A stretch of DNA of 64,000 nt from Calditrichaceae bacterium. Lineage in GTDB: Bacteria > Calditrichota > Calditrichia > Calditrichales > JBFXGD01. Below, in pieces: positions 1 through 10,384 of this stretch. Made by a program: the position numbers and the translations under genes. Each line of letters begins with the position of its first letter. Positions within the stretch are counted from its first letter, which is position 1. The DNA is taken from positions 1-64,000 of the forward strand of contig JBFXLE010000018.1 of the NCBI GenBank assembly GCA_050173015.1, in the 5' to 3' direction. A model generated the notes under the pieces. It was not told the origin of the DNA. It searched no databases and worked only from the letters and a program-made list of their open reading frames with translations.

Positions 1-37
1 GATTTAATTTTAGCATTAATTAGGGAGAAACTAGATT

Positions 38-1543
38 ATGGGATTGATCAGTCTAGCCACATTTATTCCGTTGCTTGGCGCTTTGATAATTATTTTCTTA
101 CCCAAGAAGCAATTGTTGGCGATTAAAGTTATTTCGGTTATAGCAACGTTTATCCCGCTTGCTATCACCACGTATATGTGGACGCAATTTAATTACGGAG
201 CCGCAGGAATAAACAATGAAAGTCAGTTTCAGTTTGTAGAACATTTTAGTTGGATCTCAGCTTATAATATCGAATATTTCGTTGGTATCGACGGTCTGAG
301 TTTCCCGATGGTCTGGCTGACAACGCTGTTAAGTTTCATCGCGATTTTTGCATCATGGAATATTTCCAAAGCGCAAAAAGGCTATTTCAGCCTGTTTCTT
401 CTGCTTGTCACCGGTATGATGGGTGTATTTGTCGCGCTTGATTTCTTTTTGTTCTATATATTTTGGGAAGTTATGCTTCTTCCCATGTACTTTCTCATTG
501 GTATCTGGGGGGGACCGAGACGTGAATACGCGGCAATTAAGTTCTTCCTCTATACCCTTTTCGGTTCGGTTTTGATGCTGCTCGTTATGCTTGCTCTTTA
601 CTTCAATGTTTCTGATCCTGTGACCGGCGGGCATACATTTAATATGCTGCACATGATGGATCAAAGCAATCATTCCGGCTGGATGCAAATGTTTGATGTG
701 CGTTTATGGCTGTATATCGCTCTGTTTATCGGTTTCGCCATCAAAGTGCCTGTATTCCCATTCCACACATGGCTTCCTGATGCTCACGTTGAAGCGCCGA
801 CTGCCATTAGTGTGATTCTTGCCGGTATTTTGTTGAAGATGGGAACTTACGGACTGCTTCGTATCAGTTATCCTATCTATCCGGATATCGCCAAATACAC
901 CGCTTACTGGCTTGCGGTTCTCGGTGTAATCAATATTCTGTACGGGGCATTTGTGGCAATGGCCCAAAAAGACCTGAAAAAACTTGTGGCCTATTCCAGT
1001 GTTTCCCATATGGGATTTGTGTTACTCGGAATGTCGGTTTTCACAGATGCCGGGATAAACGGCGCCGTTTTTCAGATGTTCAGTCATGGTATGATCACTG
1101 CCATGCTCTTCCTTCTGGTGGGTGTTATATATGACCGCGCCCATCATCGTGAAATCGAAGGATTTGGTGGTTTGGGTGTGAGTATGCCGGTTTATACAGG
1201 GGTTGCCAGTCTTGCATTCTTCGCGGCTCTCGGCTTACCGGGTATGAGTGGTTTTATCGCCGAAGCCATGGTATTTATCGGAGCCTTTACTGTCTACCGT
1301 ACTTTAACCATACTTGCTGCTTTCGGCATCATCGTTACAGCAGGGTATATTCTATGGACTGTACAGCGGGTATTTCTTGGAAAATTGAATCCAAAATACG
1401 AAAAAATTGATGAAATCAATAAGCGAGAACTATTTACACTCATTCCGCTTGGTGCTTTAACTATTTTCTTAGGTGTTTACCCGATGCCGGTCCTGAACCT
1501 GATGAAAACATCGTTAAATTATCTGATCGCTCTAATACCATAA
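38..1543 (+). CDS. nuoM: NADH-quinone oxidoreductase subunit M
   Basis: 501-aa polytopic antiporter-like subunit; motifs FWEVMLLPMYFLIGIWGG, KVPVFPFHTWLPDAHVEAPT, YSSVSHMG; directly upstream of nuoN. Confidence 0.96.
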   Translation: MGLISLATFIPLLGALIIIFLPKKQLLAIKVISVIATFIPLAITTYMWTQFNYGAAGINNESQFQFVEHFSWISAYNIEYFVGIDGLSFPMVWLTTLLSFIAIFASWNISKAQKGYFSLFLLLVTGMMGVFVALDFFLFYIFWEVMLLPMYFLIGIWGGPRREYAAIKFFLYTLFGSVLMLLVMLALYFNVSDPVTGGHTFNMLHMMDQSNHSGWMQMFDVRLWLYIALFIGFAIKVPVFPFHTWLPDAHVEAPTAISVILAGILLKMGTYGLLRISYPIYPDIAKYTAYWLAVLGVINILYGAFVAMAQKDLKKLVAYSSVSHMGFVLLGMSVFTDAGINGAVFQMFSHGMITAMLFLLVGVIYDRAHHREIEGFGGLGVSMPVYTGVASLAFFAALGLPGMSGFIAEAMVFIGAFTVYRTLTILAAFGIIVTAGYILWTVQRVFLGKLNPKYEKIDEINKRELFTLIPLGALTIFLGVYPMPVLNLMKTSLNYLIALIP

Positions 1544-1553
1544 ACGAGAAGGC

Positions 1554-3032
1554 ATGGAAATAATGGATAATATCAGTAGTTTACAATATTTTATCCCTGA
1601 GTTGTTCCTGACGGCGGCAATTATGGTAATAATTATCGTCGATCTGATCCTGAAGGGCGAAAAGAAAATTATCACGGCGTATCTTTCTGTTACGGCACTG
1701 GTTGTTACTATATTTTTGTCATTCGGACAATATGAATACGCTTCGGGATCATTGTTTCAGGGTATGATTGTACTGGATTCTCTTGCAGTATTTTTCAAAA
1801 TAATCACCGCGTTCTCAACTATTATTGTCATCTTTTTTTCAATTCCGTCATTTAGAACTAGATCGGAATATTATATTCTCCTTCTGATCGTAACTGTCGG
1901 AATGTTTTTGATGGCTTCCGTCAATGATCTTTTAATGATAATTCTCGCGATGGAAATAGTCGGGATCGTTTCATATGTTCTTGCCGGGTTTAACAAAAAG
2001 GATATTAAATCCAACGAGGCTTCACTAAAATATGTGCTTTACGGCGCCGCCAGCACCGGTATTATGGCCTTTGGCTTTTCGTACATCTACGGACTTACGG
2101 GTCATACGAACCTATTTGAAATTCAGCAGTCGATAATCGCGAACCAGCCAAACGCCATGACAATGTTTATTGCCGTGGTGCTGGTGATGGGTGGGCTTGG
2201 CTATAAAATAGCAATGGTGCCGTTTCATTTCTGGCTGCCGGATGTTTATGAGGGAGCGCCGACGCCGATTACCGCATTTTTCTCCATCGGGCCTAAGGCC
2301 GCCGGTATGGCCGTCCTGATTCGATTTATGACGACGGTAATTGCGCATCCTCTTGATTATGCAGGTACCGACTTTATTCAGAATCTCCAGGTGCACGCGC
2401 CTATGATTCTCGCGATCCTGGCTGTCCTGACGATGACTCTCGGAAATTTCTCTGCGCTGCAGCAAAAGAATATAAAACGAATGATGGCATATTCATCCAT
2501 AGCGCATGCCGGATATATGCTTATGGCTTTTGTTGTCTTTAATATGCAGGGTTATGAAGCGGTATTATTCTACCTGGTTGTGTATTTATTTATGAATTTC
2601 GGCGCCTTCTGGGTGATCGAAAGCATGACACCAAAATTGGGAAGCGAAGAGATAAGCGCCTACACCGGTCTTGGTTACCGGGCGCCGTATATGGCGGTTG
2701 CAATGGCGGTATTTATGTTCTCATTAACCGGTCTGCCGCCTCTTGCGGGTTTTGTAGGAAAATTTTTCCTTTTTGCGGCGGTTGTGAATGCTGAATGGTA
2801 TGTTCTGGCTGTACTCGGTGTGCTGAACAGTGTTGTTTCGCTTTATTACTACGCCTATGTTGTCAAAGTAATGTTTCTTAACACGGTTGAAGATGATTCC
2901 CCTATCGCGGTCGGTTTGTACGATAAAGTGCTCTTAGCCGTATTTTTGGTTCCAACCATCATATTTGGTGTCTATTGGAGCCCGATTGTTGAGTTTACAA
3001 GCCGTTCCATCGGAATGGTATCAGGAAAGTAA
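1554..3032 (+). CDS. nuoN: NADH-quinone oxidoreductase subunit N
   Basis: SNEASLKY, YKIAMVPFHFWLPDVYEGAPTP, KRMMAYSSIAHAGY, GLPPLAGFVGKF motifs; last gene before a terminator. Confidence 0.96.
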   Translation: MEIMDNISSLQYFIPELFLTAAIMVIIIVDLILKGEKKIITAYLSVTALVVTIFLSFGQYEYASGSLFQGMIVLDSLAVFFKIITAFSTIIVIFFSIPSFRTRSEYYILLLIVTVGMFLMASVNDLLMIILAMEIVGIVSYVLAGFNKKDIKSNEASLKYVLYGAASTGIMAFGFSYIYGLTGHTNLFEIQQSIIANQPNAMTMFIAVVLVMGGLGYKIAMVPFHFWLPDVYEGAPTPITAFFSIGPKAAGMAVLIRFMTTVIAHPLDYAGTDFIQNLQVHAPMILAILAVLTMTLGNFSALQQKNIKRMMAYSSIAHAGYMLMAFVVFNMQGYEAVLFYLVVYLFMNFGAFWVIESMTPKLGSEEISAYTGLGYRAPYMAVAMAVFMFSLTGLPPLAGFVGKFFLFAAVVNAEWYVLAVLGVLNSVVSLYYYAYVVKVMFLNTVEDDSPIAVGLYDKVLLAVFLVPTIIFGVYWSPIVEFTSRSIGMVSGK

Positions 3033-3061
3033 AAAAGGGGCTTTTGAGCCCCTTTTTTTTT
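3031..3061. terminator. Bidirectional intrinsic terminator between nuoN and the convergent hemolysin-III gene
   Basis: AAAAAAGGGGCT-TTTG-AGCCCCTTTTTTTTT: GC stem with A and T tracts on both sides. Confidence 0.9.
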
Positions 3062-3118
3062 CTACATCTTCCGACCACCCCAGGAATCACTCTTTGAATT
3101 TTAAATTCGATGCGTCCA

Positions 3119-3772
3119 CTAGTTAAACAGCGTGATATACCTGTACATCACCCAGAAATGGGAAAAAGTTCCCAGCATTACAAACACATGGAAAATCTCA
3201 TGAAAGCCGAAAATGCCCGGCCAGGGATCGGGTGTTTTTTTTCCGTAGATCAATGCTCCCACACTGTAGAATAGCCCTCCTGCCAACAACCATATCAGCG
3301 CCCCGGTCTGAAGGGATGTCACCAAAGGCCAGATCCCTACGATAACCAGCCAGCCCATCAGCACATAAAGCATCGTGGAAAGCCATCTCGGCGCCTGCAG
3401 CCAGAACAGTTTGAAAAAAATTCCGGCGATCGCCAGTCCCCAAACACTGCCGAATAGGCTCCATCCCCAACCGCCCCGTAATGGTATCAAACATATTGGC
3501 GTGTACGACGCCGCTATGAGGATGAAAATCATGATATGATCCAGCTTCCGTAATCTCTGATTTCCTTTTTCAGAAAGACTCAGCCAGTGATATAAGGCGC
3601 TTGAAGTATATAACAAAATCATCCCTGCGCCAAAAACAGAAAATGAGACGATATGCCATACTTTTGCGGGATGAACTGATTTTAAAATCAATATTACCAG
3701 ACCGGCGATTGAGAGAATGGCACCTATAAAGTGGGTTAAACCGCTAACAGGATCTTTAAGCTTATGAAACAT
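3119..3772 (-). CDS. PAQR/hemolysin III family membrane protein (TrhA-like)
   Basis: 7 TM segments; SALYH, RKLDHIMIFILIAASYTP, GFHEIFHVFV motifs. Confidence 0.92.
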   Translation of the reverse strand: MFHKLKDPVSGLTHFIGAILSIAGLVILILKSVHPAKVWHIVSFSVFGAGMILLYTSSALYHWLSLSEKGNQRLRKLDHIMIFILIAASYTPICLIPLRGGWGWSLFGSVWGLAIAGIFFKLFWLQAPRWLSTMLYVLMGWLVIVGIWPLVTSLQTGALIWLLAGGLFYSVGALIYGKKTPDPWPGIFGFHEIFHVFVMLGTFSHFWVMYRYITLFN

Positions 3773-3918
3773 ATAATTCCTTACTGAATGGATTGTCAGT
3801 GTTCATGAAGGGAATAGTCTAATCAAACAACCGATATAATACAAGAAAAGAAATTATTGTCACTTTAAGCCAAAATTATAAGATTCGCCGACCCGATTTG
3901 ATGCTGAGTATTTCAGAT

Positions 3919-4659
3919 TTAGCGGGTTCCTTTATAAATTACGGCAATACCGTTGAGTAATTTCCAGTGATTAAGATTCCGGAACCCCGCTTCTTCCATC
4001 CATGAGGAAAAATCGCCGATCGATGGAAACTTTTCGACTGAGGCAGGCAGATATGAGTAAGCGGCTCCGTCTTTGCTAATCAAGTTTCCGATAATTGGAA
4101 GTATTTTGTTAAAATAGAACAGATATAACCAACGAAACGGTCTGAATGTCGGAAGTGAAAATTCTAAAATAATCGCCTCGCCATCCGATTTTAGAATTCT
4201 GTACATTTCCGCTAATGCGTCAGGGATTGTCCCCATATTTCGAATCCCGAATGCGATCGTCACCCCGTTAAAAATACTGTCTGAGAAGGGTAATCCTTCT
4301 CCGTCCGCGTTTACAAACCGGCACTGTGATGATAGATTTTTTTTCTCTATTTTTTGATAACCAAATTTTAGCATTCGCAATGCAATGTCAGCGCCGATCA
4401 CCTTGCATTTTTTTTGTGAAATTACTTCGATGGCGAGATCACCTGTTCCGGTGGCAAGATCGAGCACAAGCCCCTGCCCATCCACTTTCAGTTTGGAGAT
4501 CGCTTTTTTTCTCCAGTAGATATCGATTCCGCCGCTCAACAGATGATTTAACAGGTCATAGCGGTGCGCTATTGAGTTAAACATCTTTGTTACATATGTT
4601 TTTCGCTCTGATCCTGCTGTCAGCACCATTTCATCTTTCAATTCTTCTTTTCTCCCCAT
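3919..4659 (-). CDS. menG: Demethylmenaquinone methyltransferase (UbiE/MenG)
   Basis: MFNSIAHRYDLLNHLLSGGID, LDLATGTGD SAM motif, AFGIRN, YSYLPASV; in the menaquinone cluster; true start may be a downstream Met. Confidence 0.92.
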   Translation of the reverse strand: MGRKEELKDEMVLTAGSERKTYVTKMFNSIAHRYDLLNHLLSGGIDIYWRKKAISKLKVDGQGLVLDLATGTGDLAIEVISQKKCKVIGADIALRMLKFGYQKIEKKNLSSQCRFVNADGEGLPFSDSIFNGVTIAFGIRNMGTIPDALAEMYRILKSDGEAIILEFSLPTFRPFRWLYLFYFNKILPIIGNLISKDGAAYSYLPASVEKFPSIGDFSSWMEEAGFRNLNHWKLLNGIAVIYKGTR

Positions 4660-5252
4660 CCCCGGACCAGATTTTGTGGAATATTCAACGCGTTCAATAC
4701 CCTGGCGATTATAAAATCAGTAAGCTCTTCAATATTAGCTGGATTATGGTAAAATGCCGGTGACGCGGGCATGATGGTTACTCCCGCCTCTGTCGCCGAC
4801 AGCATGTTTTTGAGATGAATCCGGTTATAAGGCGCTTCCCTGACGACCAGAACTACCGGACGGCGTTCTTTCAGGTTCACATCCGCCGCGCGTTCTGTCA
4901 AAGTCTGCGCGTATCCATTTGCTATACCTGATAATGTTTTCATGGAGCATGGTATCACAATCATTCCATCCACGCGGAATGATCCGCTTGCGATCCCGGC
5001 GTAATGATCATCCTGCGAGTGAAATATTATTTTTTTGGGATGGATATCTTCCCGGTAATATCTTTTTATATATGTCTCATATGGTTCTCGGTCCGCATCC
5101 CATCCGGTCTCGGTCTTCATTACTTTTTTCGCCACATCGGAAAACACAACATGCAGCTCAAAGTTATCCGGCAGGGCACGGATTAACCGTACCGCGTATA
5201 TCATCCCGCTCGCGCCGCTGATGCCAATTACAAGCCTTCTTACAGCAGCCAT
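4638..5252 (-). CDS. ubiX: Flavin prenyltransferase UbiX
   Basis: GISGASG, IASGSF, PCSMKTLSGIANG, RAADVNLKERR, PASPAFYHNP. Confidence 0.93.
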   Translation of the reverse strand: MAAVRRLVIGISGASGMIYAVRLIRALPDNFELHVVFSDVAKKVMKTETGWDADREPYETYIKRYYREDIHPKKIIFHSQDDHYAGIASGSFRVDGMIVIPCSMKTLSGIANGYAQTLTERAADVNLKERRPVVLVVREAPYNRIHLKNMLSATEAGVTIMPASPAFYHNPANIEELTDFIIARVLNALNIPQNLVRGWGEKKN

Positions 5253-6124
5253 AAGTCTCCGATAACTGAAATAAAGAAAACAATACTGATAAATCCGTTC
5301 ATATTAAAAAACGCCACATCCAGGTCAGCTAAATCATCCGACTTGACCAGCGAGTGCTCGTAGGTCAGCAAACCGGCAATGATGATAAGGCCTGCCGTAT
5401 ATATAAAATTCAGCGGTACAAGCCATGCCAGATATGCAAGCAGCAGGAACGAAATCAAATGGCTGAACCTGGCCAACATCAGAGCATTTTTTAGTCCGAT
5501 CAGTTTGGGCACCGAAAAAAGGTCGGTCTGTTTATCAAAATCGATATCCTGGCAGGAATACACAATATCGAATCCCGCCACCCAGAAGACCACCGCGAGA
5601 CTGAGCAGAACCGGCGCCCAGGCAAAATACCCCGTAACAGCCAGCCAAGCCCCGATGGGTGAAAGCCCCAACGCAATTCCCAGCACATAATGCGAAAATG
5701 AAGTAAACCGTTTTGTATAGGAATATAAAAAAACAACCGCCAGAGCAACAGGTGACAGGACAAAACACAGCATATTTAACTGGTATGACGCGTAAATAAA
5801 CCATCCCGAAAAAAACAATAAAAATATGACAATCTGTCTTTCAGTGATTTTCCCTGAAGGCAAATGTCTGTTTTTTGTTCTTGGATTCTGAGCATCATAT
5901 TTTTTATCGATAAGACGATTAAATCCCATTGCGGCGCTTCTTGCCGCAACCATCGCCACGAGAATCCACATTAGCACAGGCCAGGTGAGCGCTACTTTCT
6001 GATCTGCCAGAATCGCGCCTGATAACGCGAAAGGAAGAGCAAAAACGGAATGAGAAAATTTAATCATATGTCCAAATTCAATTATATTCCTGATCAATTT
6101 CATGAACATCGAATCTGACTCCAT
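5240..6124 (-). CDS. UbiA-family polyprenyltransferase (MqnP-like, futalosine pathway)
   Basis: IKFSHSVFALPFAL, ARSAAMGFNRLIDKKYDAQNPRT, WVAGFDIVYSCQDIDFD; context of mqn genes. Confidence 0.9.
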   Translation of the reverse strand: MESDSMFMKLIRNIIEFGHMIKFSHSVFALPFALSGAILADQKVALTWPVLMWILVAMVAARSAAMGFNRLIDKKYDAQNPRTKNRHLPSGKITERQIVIFLLFFSGWFIYASYQLNMLCFVLSPVALAVVFLYSYTKRFTSFSHYVLGIALGLSPIGAWLAVTGYFAWAPVLLSLAVVFWVAGFDIVYSCQDIDFDKQTDLFSVPKLIGLKNALMLARFSHLISFLLLAYLAWLVPLNFIYTAGLIIIAGLLTYEHSLVKSDDLADLDVAFFNMNGFISIVFFISVIGDLWLL

Positions 6125-7287
6125 TCTTTATTGACAATAAAATCTTCCGGAGTGTCAACAATAGCATCTTCTCCGGTAAAAATATTAAAACTGGCTTTCT
6201 TCCCCGCTTCAAGGCTTCCGAAGTCACTCTCTCTTCCTAAAGCCCGCGCCCCGTTCAAAGTACCCATTTTTATCAAAATATCTGAATCATTCATACCGGA
6301 GTTGGTTTTAAGAAACCGCAATTCATTCAGTACATCCAGGTCAAAATTACTCGCCAGGCTATCCGTGCCTACGCAAAGAGGAACACCGGCATGAATATAT
6401 TTACTAACCGGCGCCCGGCCGACATCCAGATAGGCGTTGCTTCTCGGACAGACACAAACAGACGAACCGGCACTTTTAATGACTTCTATATCCTGATCCG
6501 AGACTTGTACCCCATGAACCAGAATTGTATCGGATTTTATAACCCCAAGGCGGTGTAAATACGCTACGGGAGTATTCGCCGGTGCCGACCATTTTTCATC
6601 CAGGAGTTTCCTCCTGGTGAGAAATTCTCTTAACGGGCCGGTCCCATCCTGAAGAAATCTGCTCTCATCCGGACTCTCGGCCAAATGGACAGATATCCGC
6701 TTGTTTTCACCAATGATTTCTTTGAATAAATCCGGAGATACCGAATAAGGCGCGTGGGGACTGATATGCGCTTTGGGATTTAAACGGCCCTTTTGGATTT
6801 TCGCGTTATTATAGATTTCCTTAGACTGTGAAGCATTAAATCCGAGAATTTCATAAAACACCACTCGTTCCGGTCCCTCTGAATTTCCGTTATTTTCCAG
6901 AAGTGAACCATTGGTTACATCTCCCACAAGAGCAGTGCCGCTTTTTGCCATTTCTTTCAGCTGTTTTTGAGCCGCATGATGAATGTCATCAGTTAAGCCA
7001 AAATTCTGACGTAACTGAATTAATTGTTCCACCCAGTCAACAAAATTATGAAAACTCTCGATCGCATTTTGATAATAGCTCAATTCAAGATGGCAATGAG
7101 CATTAACCCAGGAAGGCGCGATAACAGACTTATCGAAGAGAAGTTCTTTTCCCCGGAAATCACGCAATATATGGTCTTTTGGTCCGACTGCGATAATTCT
7201 GCCGTCTTCAACCGCCACCGCTCCGTTTTTAATCGGTTGCTCAGACACCGGAATGACCCAGTCAGCAATATAAATTTCTGTGCTCAA
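6100..7287 (-). CDS. Amidohydrolase, probable aminodeoxyfutalosine deaminase (MqnF-like)
   Basis: NAHCHLEL (HxH), PHAPYSVS, HLAES, GTDSLASN metal motifs; lies between mqnC and the UbiA-like gene. Confidence 0.78.
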   Translation of the reverse strand: MSTEIYIADWVIPVSEQPIKNGAVAVEDGRIIAVGPKDHILRDFRGKELLFDKSVIAPSWVNAHCHLELSYYQNAIESFHNFVDWVEQLIQLRQNFGLTDDIHHAAQKQLKEMAKSGTALVGDVTNGSLLENNGNSEGPERVVFYEILGFNASQSKEIYNNAKIQKGRLNPKAHISPHAPYSVSPDLFKEIIGENKRISVHLAESPDESRFLQDGTGPLREFLTRRKLLDEKWSAPANTPVAYLHRLGVIKSDTILVHGVQVSDQDIEVIKSAGSSVCVCPRSNAYLDVGRAPVSKYIHAGVPLCVGTDSLASNFDLDVLNELRFLKTNSGMNDSDILIKMGTLNGARALGRESDFGSLEAGKKASFNIFTGEDAIVDTPEDFIVNKEWSQIRCS

Positions 7288-7318
7288 CGAATTTCTTTTC
7301 TCTAAGATTCTGTGAAAA

Positions 7319-8386
7319 TCAGTTTAGTATTCTGTATTCCATATCTCGTTTTTTAGGAATATAACCTGCTTCGGAAATAACCCGTTTTAACTCATCCAAA
7401 GACATTCTGAATGACGCGCCGGCCGCGGCCACCACATTTTCCTCAATCATCAGACTTCCAAAATCGTTACCGCCAAAGGTCAACCCCAGCTGCGCGACTT
7501 TCGCTCCCATTGTTACCCACGAAACCTGTATATTTGGCACATTGTCGAGCATCAGGCGTGAGATAGACAGAGTTTTCAGATAGTCATGCGCGGAGGTTTC
7601 TTCACCGCCGAGTTCCGTGTTTCCCGGCTGATAAGTCCATGGGATAAACGCGGTAAATCCCAATGTATGATCCTGAAGATTACGTATATTTAACAAATGT
7701 TCTATTCTATGTTCATAACTTTCCACGTGACCGAACATCATCGTAGCGGTGGTTTTCATGCCCATTTTGTGAGCGGTCTCCATAACCCCGAGCCAGTCTT
7801 CGGTTTTTGTTTTATTGGCATTCAGCTTTTTCCGGACTTCATCAACCAGTATTTCAGCCCCTCCGCCCGGTATCGATGCAAGACCGGCGGCTTTTAACCT
7901 GATCAAAGTCTCTTCGAGAGACAATTTTGATATTTTCGCGATATAAGTAATTTCCGCGGGAGAAAGCGAATGAATTCTAATCGTAGGATAATTTGTGCTG
8001 ATGAATCTGAAAAGATCTTCGTAAAATTCTATCTTCAGCGCCGGATTTAATCCTCCCTGCATGAGTATTTGTGTACCGCCTAATGCCAGCGTTTCATCAA
8101 TTTTTAACGCGATCTGGTCATTGTTCAGAACATAACCATGATCTGACCCGATTTTCTCATAGAAGGCGCAGAAATTACATTTCGCGACACAAATATTTGT
8201 ATAATTAATATTCCTGTCAATAATATAGGTCACCACCGGATCCGGATGCATCCTCTGACGGACGAAATTGGAAAGCATACCGATTTCCAGTAAATCACCG
8301 TGTTCAAAAAGAAAAAGTCCGTCTTCGCTCGAAAGACGATCCCCTTTGTATATTTTTTCCTCTATTTCCGCAAATTTATCTCTCAT
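7319..8386 (-). CDS. mqnC: Cyclic dehypoxanthinyl futalosine synthase (radical SAM)
   Basis: YIIDRNINYTNICVAKCNFC (CxxxCxxC), PGGGAEIL, FTAFIPWTYQP, NDFGSLMIEENVV. Confidence 0.93.
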   Translation of the reverse strand: MRDKFAEIEEKIYKGDRLSSEDGLFLFEHGDLLEIGMLSNFVRQRMHPDPVVTYIIDRNINYTNICVAKCNFCAFYEKIGSDHGYVLNNDQIALKIDETLALGGTQILMQGGLNPALKIEFYEDLFRFISTNYPTIRIHSLSPAEITYIAKISKLSLEETLIRLKAAGLASIPGGGAEILVDEVRKKLNANKTKTEDWLGVMETAHKMGMKTTATMMFGHVESYEHRIEHLLNIRNLQDHTLGFTAFIPWTYQPGNTELGGEETSAHDYLKTLSISRLMLDNVPNIQVSWVTMGAKVAQLGLTFGGNDFGSLMIEENVVAAAGASFRMSLDELKRVISEAGYIPKKRDMEYRILN

Positions 8387-9245
8387 AAAAATATAACTCC
8401 GGAATATGTTCTATTAAGCCCAAATAAAAGGCATAATGATAAAATTCGTTTAAACCTTCTTTTTCATTCTCGCCAAATTCATATAAAATGTTATTAGTCA
8501 GATAATCTCTGTAGAAGCGCCAATCTTTAGGATTGGATTTAGCGAATTCCTTTGATATTTCATCAATATTTTGCAAACCAATCTCTTTTGACTTAATAAT
8601 TACGTTGATATCATCTGAATTTAACGCGAAGTCCTGCCCCGCCCAAAAAGCATAAACAAAAGGCAGTCCTGTCATATCAAACCACTCTTCGCCGAGATCC
8701 AGAGACAAAGGATATTCATCCTGATAATGAAGCGCCTTATCGCCTATGATCAGAGCTGCGTCCGCCTTTTCCAACATCGCGGGCAGATCAGGCTGCATTA
8801 CTATAAATTCAGGTGAAATCTGATATTTTTCATTTAGTAATATTTTTAGTAAAGCAACAGATGTTCGTGAGCTCGTATCCAGCGCGATGGTTTTTATCTC
8901 CTTCAAATCCGCTTTAAAAAACAACATCACACTTTTAACATGCACACCCGAGGAAATACATACATCCGGAACAATTTTCCAACTACCCTTCCCATGAACG
9001 TATTCGATGGACGGTATGATTCCGAGTTCGACTTCACCCTCGATCAGCCGTCTGGAACAAACGGATGGCACATCCTTTAGAATATTAAAATGATGCTCTA
9101 CAAGATTGTTTTCCATGCCATAAACGAGCGGCTTCGAGTTTAAATAACTAACCAGACTGATATTTCTGACCTGTGTCGTGATTGTGTTGGTATCCTGTTT
9201 GGCCGGACCAAACAAACCTTCTATTTCCATGAGAACCTTCTTCAA
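8376..9245 (-). CDS. mqnA: Chorismate dehydratase
   Basis: VSYLNSKPL, SSRTSVALLKIL, ALIIGDKAL, DLGEEWFDMTGLPFVYAFW. Confidence 0.92.
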   Translation of the reverse strand: MKKVLMEIEGLFGPAKQDTNTITTQVRNISLVSYLNSKPLVYGMENNLVEHHFNILKDVPSVCSRRLIEGEVELGIIPSIEYVHGKGSWKIVPDVCISSGVHVKSVMLFFKADLKEIKTIALDTSSRTSVALLKILLNEKYQISPEFIVMQPDLPAMLEKADAALIIGDKALHYQDEYPLSLDLGEEWFDMTGLPFVYAFWAGQDFALNSDDINVIIKSKEIGLQNIDEISKEFAKSNPKDWRFYRDYLTNNILYEFGENEKEGLNEFYHYAFYLGLIEHIPELYFYER

Positions 9246-9251
9246 ATAATA

Positions 9252-10352
9252 TTATGCGACATCTTTTACTATTTTATTATATAGAGCATCCCGCTCAACA
9301 GGGACATGACCGCTGTCGGTGATCAGCCTTTTCAGTTGCTCTTTTGACATCATCTGCGCGGAATCTGATCCTGCCATATGATATATTCTCTCCTCTACCA
9401 CTGAACCGTCAATATCATCCGCGCCGAATGAAAGGGCTACCTGGGCTAATTTTGTTCCGAGCATCACCCAGTAGGCTTTTACATGATCAAAATTATCCAG
9501 CATGATTCTGCTAATCGCGATATTTTTGAGATCTGTCATGCCGGTCGCTCTCGGCAGTTTACGCATTTTTGTATTTTCAGGGTGAAAAGCCAGCGGGATA
9601 AATGTCAGAAAACCACCCGTTTTGTCCTGCGCTTCACGCAGCTTCACAAAATGTTCGATCCGTTCTTCCAGAGTCTCAATATGTCCGTAGAGCATGGTTG
9701 CATTTGTCCTGACCCCTTTATCATGAGCTATATGATGAATCTTAATCCATTCATCGGCCGTGAGTTTATCCATAAATAATTTCCGCATAACTCTCTGGCT
9801 AAAGACTTCGGCTCCACCGCCGGGCATGGTATTCAGACCCGCCTCTATCAGGTCATCAATAACTTCTTCCCAGCTTTTACCGCTTCGCTCGGCAAAATAA
9901 GCTATCTCTACCGCGGTATAGGCTTTGACATTCGCCTCCGGTCTTATTTCCTTCGCCACACGAACCACATCCAGATAATATTCATACGGCAGATTATCAT
10001 CCAGTCCCCCTACAATATGAATTTCTCTGATATTTTCATTGATCCGCTCCTTCAATTTATGACTGACCGTCTCGATAGACATCCGGTAAGCCCCTTCCTC
10101 TCCATCCTTACGATAAAAAGCGCAGAACAGGCAGTCATTACGGCAGACATTGGTATGATTAATATGCTGATTCATGGTGAAATAGGCATTCTTACCGTTT
10201 TTGCGTTCACGGATAATATTTGCCATTTTCCCAATCATCAGGATATCGTTTGACTGAAACAAACGCAAACCGTCTTCGGGTGAAACCCGTTCACCGTTCA
10301 CAACGCGATCGTATATGTCCCTTAAGGGTGATAAGTTTATGGCTTTGTTCAT
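9252..10352 (-). CDS. mqnE: Aminofutalosine synthase (radical SAM)
   Basis: HINHTNVCRNDCLFC, EIHIVGG, KAYTAVEI, MPGGGAEVF, HVKAYWVMLG, DGSVVEERIYHMAG. Confidence 0.93.
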   Translation of the reverse strand: MNKAINLSPLRDIYDRVVNGERVSPEDGLRLFQSNDILMIGKMANIIRERKNGKNAYFTMNQHINHTNVCRNDCLFCAFYRKDGEEGAYRMSIETVSHKLKERINENIREIHIVGGLDDNLPYEYYLDVVRVAKEIRPEANVKAYTAVEIAYFAERSGKSWEEVIDDLIEAGLNTMPGGGAEVFSQRVMRKLFMDKLTADEWIKIHHIAHDKGVRTNATMLYGHIETLEERIEHFVKLREAQDKTGGFLTFIPLAFHPENTKMRKLPRATGMTDLKNIAISRIMLDNFDHVKAYWVMLGTKLAQVALSFGADDIDGSVVEERIYHMAGSDSAQMMSKEQLKRLITDSGHVPVERDALYNKIVKDVA

Positions 10353-10384
10353 CTGGTGGTCCTTGTTAATTTTTAATTTGCCGG

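Noticed and set aside
353-2465. Antisense ORFs within nuoM/nuoN (and similar short shadow ORFs throughout the window)
   Set aside because: Fully overlap well-supported genes; no recognisable motifs
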